A stretch of 64,000 bases of DNA from an uncultured Verrucomicrobiota bacterium (GTDB lineage: Bacteria > Verrucomicrobiota > Verrucomicrobiia > Limisphaerales > VHCN01). Location: the NCBI GenBank assembly GCA_964589935.1, contig CAZPVD010000001.1, forward strand, positions 352,818-416,817, given 5' to 3'. The number at the start of each line of letters is the position of its first letter. Position 1 is the first letter of the stretch. Below, piece by piece: positions 27,300 to 36,138 of the stretch. Both the position numbers and the translations under genes were made by a program. The notes beneath the pieces were generated by a model. The model saw only the letters and a list, made by a program, of their open reading frames with translations. It searched no databases and was not told the origin of the DNA.

Positions 27300-29465
27300 A
27301 TGAACTCCACCGCCCTCATCTGCAAAGATTTTTGTCGGGCACCGCGCGTTCTGAGCCTGCTCATCGCGTCGCTTTTTGCAGCGTTGTGGCCAGTCGTTGC
27401 GCAAGTCACGACTGATAAGGTTGCTGACGCTGCAAAGCCGCCCGCGGACGTCCTTGCCCCTGAAAGTGCGAAGGACAATTCCATTACCCTCGGCGTCGGC
27501 GGCTGGTTCACGCGGGGGAATGACGCGCAGTTCATGCAACGAACCGGCCAGCGGTCGGGCGCGTTTGGGGGTATCGAAAATTTCCACTGGGAACAAACGG
27601 TCACAAACCAAGGTCTGTTGAAAGTGGATGGACGCGGCCTGTTCGACAATCACGACTATTTGCTGAAGATGGAACTCTCGTATCCTGACCGTGGTTACAT
27701 CCACGCGGGTTATCGCGAGTTTCGCACATGGTATGACGGCAGCGGCGGGTTCTTTCCGCGGAACGGCCAGTTTTTCAACCTTTACGACGACCGCCTCGCG
27801 CTCGACCGAGGCAATGCGTGGTTTGAGGCAGGCTGGACACCGCTTGACGGCCCGCAGGTCACGTTCCGCTATGACTATCAATTTCGGCGCGGGCAAAAGG
27901 ACTCCACGTCATGGGGCGACACCTCGCTCACTGGTCTTCCGCCACCGAACAACGTGCGCAACATCGTGCCGTCATTTTGGGACATTGACGAAAAGCGGCA
28001 TATCTTCGCCGGTGACGTGAAGCACACAGTCGGACCTACCGATTTGAGCCTCGGATTGCGCTATGAACTTGTCGAGGACAATAACTCGCTTAACGAACAC
28101 CGCCGCCCCGGCGAGGCATCGGATCGCTTTGTAACTCAGCACGAGAATTTCAGTTCGGACTTGTTTAACACCCACTTCGGCAGTGAGACGAGATGCACGG
28201 ACAAGCTGATGTTCACAATGGGCTACTCGTTCACCGTGCTTGATACGGACATTTCCGGCAGCCGTATCTATGGTGCGGACTATGACGCGATGTTTGATCC
28301 GACGTTTGCGCGGCGCCAGCAGTTTGACGAAGGTTTCATCAATCTCGGCGGCGGCGCCCAGCTCAAGCAACATGTGGCAAACTTCAGTGTGCTCAACACA
28401 CCGTGGGAAGATTTCTCCATCGTCACAGCGGTGCGCGTCGAAAAATACGACACTGATGGTGTCGCCAGCTTCATTGACACCGCCGTAGGGGCTGCGCCCG
28501 GATTGGTGACTTCGCAGACACCGACGTTGAACACAAGTTCGAGCGGTTTCGTGGATGTGAGCGAAAGCCTTGAAGCACGCTACACGGGGCTGCGGGACTG
28601 GGCGTTCTATGCGCGCGGCGAATGGCTCGAAGGAAACGGCTCTCTCTCCGAACGCGAAATGAATGCAACGACGCTGGCCTTGAGCTTGTTTCGTGATACG
28701 GATTCGGAACGCTTTACACAGAAGTATTCCCTCGGTGCCAACTGGTATCCGCTCCGCAACCTAAACCTTGGCGGTCAATACTATCACAAGCAGCGTGACA
28801 ATTCCTACACACACACAAGTGACTCGACCAGCAACTCTGGCGCAAGTGGTGATCGTTATCCCGCCTATCTGCTCGATCAGAACTTCACAACGGATGACAT
28901 GAACGTCCGAGTAACTTGGCGGCCCTGGTTAAATCTGACATTGGTCACCCGATATGATTTCCAGTTTTCGACAATCAATACGAGACCCGATGGCTTGGCT
29001 GAGGTCCAAAGCGCGGACGTTACAACGCATATCATTAGTGAGTCTATATCGTGGAGTCCCGCCAATCGTTGGTATCTTCAAGCCACACTCAACTATGTTG
29101 TGGACAACACTGATACTCCAGCGCAGGACATTTCCGGCGGCGCATCAAGCATCATTCTCCCTGCGCGGAACAATTATTGGAATGCAAGCTTCACCGCAGG
29201 CTTTGCGCTTAATGAGAAAGCGGATCTTGTTGCGAATTACTTTTATTACAGAGCCAATAATTATACGGATAACTCAAGCACCGGTATGCCATACGGAGCT
29301 GGCGCGGAGGAGCATGGATTCACCGCGTCTCTTGTCCGGAGAATCACAGCAAATATCACCTGGACTCTGAAATATGGCTATTTCCGAAATCGGGATACTT
29401 CTTCTGGAATGAACAACAATTACGAGGCGCACCTGCTTTACACAAGTTGGCGCATGGGTTTTTGA
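27300..29465 (+). CDS. large outer-membrane beta-barrel protein, MtrB/PioB-like porin candidate
   Basis: ATG at 27300 preceded by AAGGAAG, 16 nt after the cytochrome stop. Signal peptide ...SLFAALWPVVAQ. ~721 aa rich in alternating aromatic/polar beta-strand patterns (Y/W/F, N, D, T, G), with C-terminal ...LLYTSWRMGF ending in Phe as in OMP barrels. Confidence 0.7.
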   Translation: MNSTALICKDFCRAPRVLSLLIASLFAALWPVVAQVTTDKVADAAKPPADVLAPESAKDNSITLGVGGWFTRGNDAQFMQRTGQRSGAFGGIENFHWEQTVTNQGLLKVDGRGLFDNHDYLLKMELSYPDRGYIHAGYREFRTWYDGSGGFFPRNGQFFNLYDDRLALDRGNAWFEAGWTPLDGPQVTFRYDYQFRRGQKDSTSWGDTSLTGLPPPNNVRNIVPSFWDIDEKRHIFAGDVKHTVGPTDLSLGLRYELVEDNNSLNEHRRPGEASDRFVTQHENFSSDLFNTHFGSETRCTDKLMFTMGYSFTVLDTDISGSRIYGADYDAMFDPTFARRQQFDEGFINLGGGAQLKQHVANFSVLNTPWEDFSIVTAVRVEKYDTDGVASFIDTAVGAAPGLVTSQTPTLNTSSSGFVDVSESLEARYTGLRDWAFYARGEWLEGNGSLSEREMNATTLALSLFRDTDSERFTQKYSLGANWYPLRNLNLGGQYYHKQRDNSYTHTSDSTSNSGASGDRYPAYLLDQNFTTDDMNVRVTWRPWLNLTLVTRYDFQFSTINTRPDGLAEVQSADVTTHIISESISWSPANRWYLQATLNYVVDNTDTPAQDISGGASSIILPARNNYWNASFTAGFALNEKADLVANYFYYRANNYTDNSSTGMPYGAGAEEHGFTASLVRRITANITWTLKYGYFRNRDTSSGMNNNYEAHLLYTSWRMGF

Positions 29466-29502
29466 ACACTATCACATCTCACTACTAACAAAACTGGCTA
29501 TT

Positions 29503-29838
29503 ATGAAATCAAAGTTAATCATCACGGCGGCAGTTGTGCTTCTGCCCATTGGAGTTATCTCGACTCGGGCGGATGATGCACAGTCAGATTGGACCAAACA
29601 CTGCCTCAAGTGCCATGGCGCCGCCGGCAAGGGCGAAACCCGCATGGGCCGGCAGCTCCGCGTGAAGGATTACTCCGACCCGAAGGTGCAGGCCGAGATG
29701 AAGGACGAGGACATGCTCCGCATCCTGCGCGACGGCGTGAAGGACGGCGCGAAGGTCAAGATGGAGGCCTACAAGGACAAGTTGTCCGAGCCGGAGATCA
29801 AGGACCTCCTCGCCCTCGTGCGCAGCTTCAAGAAGTAG
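29503..29838 (+). CDS. monohaem class I c-type cytochrome, periplasmic
   Basis: 111-aa ORF with a signal peptide, a single CLKCH haem site, and a distal Met candidate (KVKMEAY). Confidence 0.85.
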   Translation: MKSKLIITAAVVLLPIGVISTRADDAQSDWTKHCLKCHGAAGKGETRMGRQLRVKDYSDPKVQAEMKDEDMLRILRDGVKDGAKVKMEAYKDKLSEPEIKDLLALVRSFKK

Positions 29839-29900
29839 CCGCCGCGCGCGCGGAAGCGCGCTTCATTCGGTGAGCGCAGACCGCGGCAAGCGAATCCCTT

Positions 29901-31388
29901 ATGCCTGACGGAAACAAACCCCGGCACGGACGCAGCAGGCACTTCCACAACTGGCTCAGCCTCGCCGGCGTCATCGTCGCGCTCGGCGGCATGTTCGCCT
30001 TCCTGCTGCTCTGGGGCATTGACCTCTTCGCGCACCGCGGCAATCCCTACATGGGCATCCTCGCTTACGTCGTCTCGCCGTTCTTCATGTTCCTCGGCAC
30101 GGCGATGGCGCTGCTCGGCGCGTGGGTTCACCGCCGGCACCTGCGCAAGTCCGGCGCGGTCGTCGTGCCGCATCCGCTCATCATTGACTTCTCGCGCCCG
30201 CGCGACCGCAAGGTGCTCGGCTGGTTCATAGTCGGCGCGATCGCGTTCCTCTTCATCACCGCGCTCGGCAGCAACAAGACGTATCACCTGACCGAGTCGA
30301 ACCAGTTCTGCGGCCTCGCGTGCCACACGCCGATGAAGCCCGAGTTCACCGCCTACCAAACCTCCCCGCACGCGCGCGTGGATTGCGTGGACTGCCACGT
30401 CGGCCCCGGCGCGGAATGGTATGTGAAGTCCAAGATCAACGGCGTCAACCAGCTCTTCTGCGCGCTCACCGGCAAATACGACCGGCCCATCAAAACCCCC
30501 GTCAAAAACCTCCGCCCCGCGCAGGACACCTGCGGGCAGTGCCACTGGCCGGAAAAATTCGTAGGCAACCTCGACCGCACCTACACGCACTTCCTCGCCG
30601 ACGAGACGAACACCCCCTTCACCGTGCGCCTGCTCCTCAAGGTCGGCGGCGGCGACACCACGCACGGCCCCGTTGGCGGCATCCACTGGCACATGAACCT
30701 CGCCAGCAGGGTCGAGTATTTCCCCGCTGACCCGCAGCGCCTCACCATCCCGTGGGTGCGCGTCACCGACGCGCAGGGCCGCGCCACCGTCTTCCGCTCG
30801 CCCGACTACAAGGGCGACCCCGACCCGCGCGCCGTCCGCACCATGGACTGCATGGACTGCCACAACCGCCCCGCACACCACTTCCATACGCCCAACGCCG
30901 CCGTGGACCTCGCGATGGCCGCCGGCCGCATTGACGCCTCACTGCCGTGGGTGAAATCCAACCTCGTCGCCGTCCTCACCGCAAACTACCAGACCGAAAC
31001 CAACGCGCTGGAAAAAATCTCCGCCACACTCGCCGCAAAATACCCCGCCTCGCCCAAGCGCGACGCCCTCGTGGGCGAGGCGCGGCGCATCTTCCAGCGG
31101 AACTTTTTCCCCGAGATGAAGGCCGACTGGCGCGCGTATCCCGACCACATCGGCCACAAGGACTGGGCCGGCTGCTTCCGCTGCCACGACGGCCAGCATA
31201 AGGCCGACGCCGGCAAACGCAAACTCGGCGCGAGCGACTGCAACTCCTGCCATGCCATCCTCGCGCAAGGCGCGGGCGCGGAACTGGAGAAGCTCAACCC
31301 GCGCGGCCACACCTTCTTCCACCTCGACGCGCCCAACGAGGACTTCACCTGCGCCAACTGCCACACCGGCGGGTTTGTGAAGTTTTAG
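29901..31388 (+). CDS. membrane-anchored heptahaem cytochrome, NapC/NirT/CymA-like quinol dehydrogenase candidate
   Basis: 495-aa ORF with three N-terminal hydrophobic helices. Haem motifs CGLACH, CVDCH, CGQCH, CMDCH, CFRCH, CNSCH and CANCH. The CGLACH...SPHARVDCVDCH spacing resembles the NapC/NrfH N-terminal region. Confidence 0.85.
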   Translation: MPDGNKPRHGRSRHFHNWLSLAGVIVALGGMFAFLLLWGIDLFAHRGNPYMGILAYVVSPFFMFLGTAMALLGAWVHRRHLRKSGAVVVPHPLIIDFSRPRDRKVLGWFIVGAIAFLFITALGSNKTYHLTESNQFCGLACHTPMKPEFTAYQTSPHARVDCVDCHVGPGAEWYVKSKINGVNQLFCALTGKYDRPIKTPVKNLRPAQDTCGQCHWPEKFVGNLDRTYTHFLADETNTPFTVRLLLKVGGGDTTHGPVGGIHWHMNLASRVEYFPADPQRLTIPWVRVTDAQGRATVFRSPDYKGDPDPRAVRTMDCMDCHNRPAHHFHTPNAAVDLAMAAGRIDASLPWVKSNLVAVLTANYQTETNALEKISATLAAKYPASPKRDALVGEARRIFQRNFFPEMKADWRAYPDHIGHKDWAGCFRCHDGQHKADAGKRKLGASDCNSCHAILAQGAGAELEKLNPRGHTFFHLDAPNEDFTCANCHTGGFVKF

Positions 31389-32509
31389 CCCACCGACTTG
31401 TCGGGGATGAGGATGGACTGGCTGGTGACGACGCCGCGCAGGAGCAGGTCGAGGCGATGCTTGTTGACGGCGTAGTGGCGGGCGATCTCCTCGTTCACCA
31501 CGCCGGCGGCGAGGAGTTCGATGAGGTATTGGTCGAAGGTGTGCATGCCGTGGTTGACGCACGCCTCGATGTGGCCGGAGATGAGCGTGAGGTTGTTGGC
31601 CGTGATGGCTTCCTGGATGCCCGCGTCGCGTTTCATGAATTCGAGGCAGGGCGTGCGGGTGCCGCGCACGTTCGGGATGAGGCGCTGGCAGAGGATGGCG
31701 TTGGTGTTGCGCGCGAGCAGGGCGCTGATGTTGCCCTGTTCGCTGACGGGATAGAATTCGCGGATGCGCCCGATGGCCTGCGGCACGGAGTCCGCGTGGA
31801 GCGTGGTGAGGACGAGGTGGCCGGTCTCGGCGGCCTGCATCGCGGCCCAGATGCTCTCGCGGTCGCGGATCTCGCCGACGAAGATGACGTTGGGGTCCTG
31901 CCGCATGGCGTTGCGGATGCCGTGGGCGAAGCTGGGCGTGTCAATGCCCACTTCGCGCTGCTCAAACTGGCAGAGGCATTCGTCGAAGACATACTCGATG
32001 GGGTCCTCGATGGTGATGATGCGCAGGGCGGTGGTCTCGTTGATCTCCTGGATGAGGGCGCGCAGGGTGGTGCTCTTGCCCTGCCCCGTCGGCCCGGTGA
32101 CGAGCACGAGGCCGCGCGGTTCGTCGAGGATGTCGCGGAGCGAGATGGGCAGTTGCAGGTCCTTCAACTTCATCCGCTGCTGCGGAACGATGCGGAAGGA
32201 GAAGGACTGCTTGCCCCTCTGCTTGCTGAAGTTCGCGCGATAGCGCACGTCGGTGTAATAGAAGCTCAAGTCCACCTCGGTGCCGCTGAGGATGCGCTCG
32301 CACGCGGCGGGCGTGAAGGCCTCGCCGATCAACTGGCGCATCATGTCCTCGGTCGGCGGCGGGAAAATCTCGATGGGGATGCGGAAGAGTTTGCCGTGGA
32401 CGCGCACGCAGTAGCGGGCCTCGGTCTGCGCGTGGAGGTCGGTGGCGTTGTGCTCGCGGCAGTAGTCGAGAATCTGTCCAAGGGTCGTGTCCCGGCTAAC
32501 GTGCTCCAT
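31385..32509 (-). CDS. pilT: PilT-family type IV pilus retraction ATPase
   Basis: 374-aa ORF with Walker A GPTGQGKST, IITIEDPIEYVF, the Asp box, and His box ETGHLVLTTLHA. Its stop codon overlaps the stop of the convergent cytochrome gene (TTAG, 31385-31388). Confidence 0.85.
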   Translation of the reverse strand: MEHVSRDTTLGQILDYCREHNATDLHAQTEARYCVRVHGKLFRIPIEIFPPPTEDMMRQLIGEAFTPAACERILSGTEVDLSFYYTDVRYRANFSKQRGKQSFSFRIVPQQRMKLKDLQLPISLRDILDEPRGLVLVTGPTGQGKSTTLRALIQEINETTALRIITIEDPIEYVFDECLCQFEQREVGIDTPSFAHGIRNAMRQDPNVIFVGEIRDRESIWAAMQAAETGHLVLTTLHADSVPQAIGRIREFYPVSEQGNISALLARNTNAILCQRLIPNVRGTRTPCLEFMKRDAGIQEAITANNLTLISGHIEACVNHGMHTFDQYLIELLAAGVVNEEIARHYAVNKHRLDLLLRGVVTSQSILIPDKSVG

Positions 32510-32647
32510 AGTTTTGAGGTAGCATTGTGGGTGCCACGCGAATCTCGCATGGATACAGGGCGCGTTTCAAGGCTCTCGCGCCGGAAAATATCGGCGCAGT
32601 GCGTGCGCATCGCACAAAAAGGTGAAATTTCACGCAAGGCCGGCGTG

Positions 32648-33796
32648 TCAAAGCAACTCCAGCACGCGCTCAAGCTCCGCGTCGGTGTTGTAGAAGTGCG
32701 GCGAGAGGCGGATGTATTTTCTTCCGGCGCGGTCGGCGCGCAGCGAAGTGACGATCTGCTGGTCTGCGAGATGCTGGTGTGTGGCGGCCATGTCCGCGCC
32801 GTCGCGGTAAAAGCTCACGATGGCGCTCGCGTTGTCCGCGTGCGCGGCGGCGTTGAGCACAGTCCAGCCTTTTGCCTGCAACGCGGCGACGAGCAGCGCG
32901 CGTTTGCGGAGCAGCTCGGCGGCGATGTTGTCCACGCCGACTTCAAGTAGCATTTCCATCGAGGCAACGAGGCCGGTAAGCCCGACGATGTTGTGCGTGC
33001 CCGGCTCGAAGCGCGCCGGGCCGCTGCGGAAAGTGATTTGTTCCTGCGCGACGTAGTTCGGGCAGCGGACGTTATTCCAGCCGAGCGCGAACGGCCGGAG
33101 GCGTTCCTGCAATTCCTTGCGAACGAACATCACGCCCGCGGAGCACGGGCCAAGCAGCCATTTGTGCGCGTCAGCGGCAAGGAAATCCACGTGCTCGACG
33201 GTCGTCGGGAACGCGCCGAGCGTCTGGATGCCGTCCACGCAGAACAGGATGCCGCGCTCGCGCAGCGCCTTGCCGATGGCGGGAAGATTGATGCGCCAGC
33301 CGCCGATGAAGTGGCATGACGCGAGCGCGACCAGGCGCGTGCCTTCGTCCACCTGACCGAGCACGTCCACCTGCCGGATGCGGCCGAGTTCCTTGATGTT
33401 GAGGAAGCGCACCTGCACGCCGCGCTCGGCGAGGGCCATCCACGGATAGACGTTGGTCGGATAGTCGTCGTGGTAAATGACGACGTTGTCGCCTTTGCGC
33501 AACGGCAGGCCGGCGGCGATGTAGCTCAACGCGAGCGTGGTCGGGCCGACGAAGGAAACTTCATCTGGCTGCGAGTTGAGCAAGCGCGCGGCGGTTTCGC
33601 GGAAGCGGCTGAGTAGCGGCGGCAGTGTGACTTCCTGGTCGTCTTCTGTGGCGTTGAAAGAGTAGTGCGCCATTGCCTCGGCGACGCGGCGCGGCAGCGG
33701 ACAAACGCCCGCATGGCCGAGAAAGATTTTCGTCTGCGCGACGGGGAACTCTGCGCGGCGCAGGTCTTCGTTCGAGAGGATTTCAGCGAGGGTCAT
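32648..33796 (-). CDS. class V aminotransferase (cysteine desulfurase / selenocysteine lyase-like)
   Basis: The ORF track starts at 33907; I prefer the ATG at 33796 (MTLAEILSNEDL...), which overlaps the upstream stop (TGATG). The PLP-lysine context DFLAADAHKWLLGP is typical of the family. Confidence 0.8.
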   Translation of the reverse strand: MTLAEILSNEDLRRAEFPVAQTKIFLGHAGVCPLPRRVAEAMAHYSFNATEDDQEVTLPPLLSRFRETAARLLNSQPDEVSFVGPTTLALSYIAAGLPLRKGDNVVIYHDDYPTNVYPWMALAERGVQVRFLNIKELGRIRQVDVLGQVDEGTRLVALASCHFIGGWRINLPAIGKALRERGILFCVDGIQTLGAFPTTVEHVDFLAADAHKWLLGPCSAGVMFVRKELQERLRPFALGWNNVRCPNYVAQEQITFRSGPARFEPGTHNIVGLTGLVASMEMLLEVGVDNIAAELLRKRALLVAALQAKGWTVLNAAAHADNASAIVSFYRDGADMAATHQHLADQQIVTSLRADRAGRKYIRLSPHFYNTDAELERVLELL

Positions 33797-34806
33797 CAGA
33801 TGGAGTTGATCGCGTTTCCGATGGTGTTCATATAATTCCCCGCAAGCTGGAAGATCATTTTGACGACGAACGCCGCGATGATGAGATAGACAACACGCGG
33901 CGCCCACTCGGCGATCATCTGCATCTGGCGCGAGCCTTCCTCCTGATGATAGGTGCGCAGGCGGACGAGCGTGTCGTCGAGCTGGCCGCTGATTTCGCCG
34001 GTGTGATAGAGGTTCGCAAACAGTTCGGGAATTTCACGGCAATCCGGCAACACTTCGCCCGGCGTCTGCTCGCCCTCGCGCACGCGCGGAAGCCACCGCT
34101 CGACAGCGCGGGCGAGCGCGGGCGAACCGCTGGCGACGGAGGCAAGTTCCCACGATTGGATGATGTTTACGCCGGCGCTGAGGAGCGCTTCGAGCGACAT
34201 CGCGAGACGCGCGAGCGAGAGATGTTTTCTCGCAGAGCCGACTAGCGGGATGAAGCGGCAGAAAAGTTCAATCGCCGCGCGCCACGGCCCGCCCCAGCGG
34301 CTTTGCCCCGCGAGAATCAGGCCGAACACGATGACGTAGACGCAGATGAGCGGTGTGAGCGCCTGCTGGAGGTATTGATCGAAGGAGATTTTATCCAGCA
34401 TGAACGCGGGAAACGGGGTGACAAAACACGCGGCGTGCAGCATGAACGCCGGATACCACAGGCCCGACATGACACGGCGGGAGATGACGGCCCGGTCGGC
34501 GTAATACTGAGAGAGCAGGCCGAAGCATTGGTCGAGACGACCGCTCTTCTCGCCGGCTTCGATGAGCGCGTGATCGAACGGCGCGAGCCAGCGCCCCGTT
34601 TGCCGGAGTCCATCGGTGAACGTCGCGCCAAGCTCGATGGCCTGTATCACAGTGTCGAGGTGCTTGCGGTCGCTGCGCGATGGCGGCGATTTTTTGAGAG
34701 TCTCCAGCGTCTTCACCAACGGCAGGCCGGCGACAGTCATCGCGCGAAGCTGGTGATACAATTCACTGCGGCGCGCAAGTTGTCCGGGAAGGATGACGAA
34801 GGCCAC
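33796..34806 (-). CDS. type II secretion / type IV pilus platform protein (GspF/PilC family), short form
   Basis: 336-aa ORF with a GTG start. It contains two T2SSF-like repeats (…LIEAGEKSGRLDQCFGLLSQYY… and …LYHTGEISGQLDDTLVRLRTYH…), each followed by TM helices. Confidence 0.75.
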   Translation of the reverse strand: MAFVILPGQLARRSELYHQLRAMTVAGLPLVKTLETLKKSPPSRSDRKHLDTVIQAIELGATFTDGLRQTGRWLAPFDHALIEAGEKSGRLDQCFGLLSQYYADRAVISRRVMSGLWYPAFMLHAACFVTPFPAFMLDKISFDQYLQQALTPLICVYVIVFGLILAGQSRWGGPWRAAIELFCRFIPLVGSARKHLSLARLAMSLEALLSAGVNIIQSWELASVASGSPALARAVERWLPRVREGEQTPGEVLPDCREIPELFANLYHTGEISGQLDDTLVRLRTYHQEEGSRQMQMIAEWAPRVVYLIIAAFVVKMIFQLAGNYMNTIGNAINSI

Positions 34807-34908
34807 GCGCAGAAGGTGAAGAAAGCAACCGCGCCTTGCAAGCGCGCGATGCAGCCTTTCAGTTGAACGAGGAAATAGCCGCCGCTGAAATGGCGGAGGC
34901 GGGACAGC

Positions 34909-35241
34909 TTACGCCGCGGCCTTGTCGAGACTCGACTTGAGGTCGCGCTTGCTCTTGAGACCGACGGTTTGCTCGACGACCTGGCCACCCTTGAAAAGCA
35001 GGAGCGCTGGGATGGCGCTGATGCGGTAATTCGCGGCGAGCATCTGGTTCTCGTCCACGTTGACCTTGCCGATTTTCACCTTGCCGGTGTATTCGCCGGC
35101 GAGTTCATCAAGCACGGGCGTGAGCATCTTGCACGGGCCGCACCATTCGGCCCAAAAGTCCACGAGCACAGGCTGCGCGGACTTGAGCACTTCGGCGTCA
35201 AAGTTCGTTTCGGTAAGAGTGACAATGTTTGCGGATGCCAT
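34909..35241 (-). CDS. trxA: thioredoxin
   Basis: 110-aa ORF with the active site [10 protein letters not shown]. Confidence 0.9.
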   Translation of the reverse strand: MASANIVTLTETNFDAEVLKSAQPVLVDFWAEWCGPCKMLTPVLDELAGEYTGKVKIGKVNVDENQMLAANYRISAIPALLLFKGGQVVEQTVGLKSKRDLKSSLDKAAA

Positions 35242-35300
35242 AATCGTAAATCGTGTCCGGTTTTGAGCGCGTCCTGTAGCGACCAGCGCTGCGTTGGAAA

Positions 35301-35984
35301 CTACAGCAACAGGAACAGGCGCACAAGAGCGCCGATGGCCGTGGCCATCGCCACAAAAGCGAGGATGATGTCGAACACGCTCGTCTTGCCCGGCGTGGCG
35401 GCAGCAGCGGCGGCTTTTTCCCTTTTGGCGGCCTCCTTGCCGGCGGCGGGCAACTGCACAGATGCCTTTGCCGCAGTCGCGGCGCCGGGAGCCATGGTGA
35501 CGGCCTCCTCGGGTGGTGCTTCTTCTGCCGGTGAAGCGGCCTTCGCGGCGGGCATGGCCGGTTTCGCGCCGGGAGCCGCCGGCTTTGCGGCGGGCTTTGC
35601 GGCGGGCATGGCCGGCTTGGGTGCGTGCTGGAGCGTCACCATCTCGGCCGGGTTTGGAATTTTGACTGTCTTGCTCGCGTCGTCCACTTGCGGAACGACA
35701 AGGCTGATAGTCGGGCCGGTCTGCGAGACATTTGGCTTGGCAGTCATTCCGCCGCCCGTGCCGGGCGCGGATGCGCCGGTGGCGGCAGCCGGTCGAGGTG
35801 GAAGTTCAAGACGGACGGTTTCCTTGGCTGCCGGTTTGGGCGGAAGTTCAAGACGCACCGTCTCCTTCGCCGCAGCCTTGGGCGGGAGGCTGATGCGGAC
35901 GGTTTCCTTCTTGGGCTGAACTTTGGACGCCTCTGCCGGTTTGGGCGGAGCAGCGCCGGCCGGCAGGTTGAGGTTGTCAGACAT
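35301..35984 (-). CDS. Pro/Ala-rich tail-anchored protein with three 14-aa KETVR[IL].LPP repeats
   Basis: 227-aa ORF with an ATG start. Three 42-bp tandem repeats span 35784-35909 (KETVRISLPPKAAA / KETVRLELPPKPAA / KETVRLELPPRPAA). A single C-terminal TM helix reads IILAFVAMATAIGALVRLFLLL. The low complexity lowers confidence. Confidence 0.55.
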   Translation of the reverse strand: MSDNLNLPAGAAPPKPAEASKVQPKKETVRISLPPKAAAKETVRLELPPKPAAKETVRLELPPRPAAATGASAPGTGGGMTAKPNVSQTGPTISLVVPQVDDASKTVKIPNPAEMVTLQHAPKPAMPAAKPAAKPAAPGAKPAMPAAKAASPAEEAPPEEAVTMAPGAATAAKASVQLPAAGKEAAKREKAAAAAATPGKTSVFDIILAFVAMATAIGALVRLFLLL

Positions 35985-36138
35985 ACGTGGTCGTGCGGCG
36001 TGAGGCTAAAGTGTCGTTCCGCGAAGTGTCAAACTCTTAATCTCTGCTCCGCTTGTTGGGAAATACCGGGGCCATCACAAACGGTTAAATGCGACATCGT
36101 GATTGCCCGTCCGTCCTCATGCCGATATGCTTTGTGCA

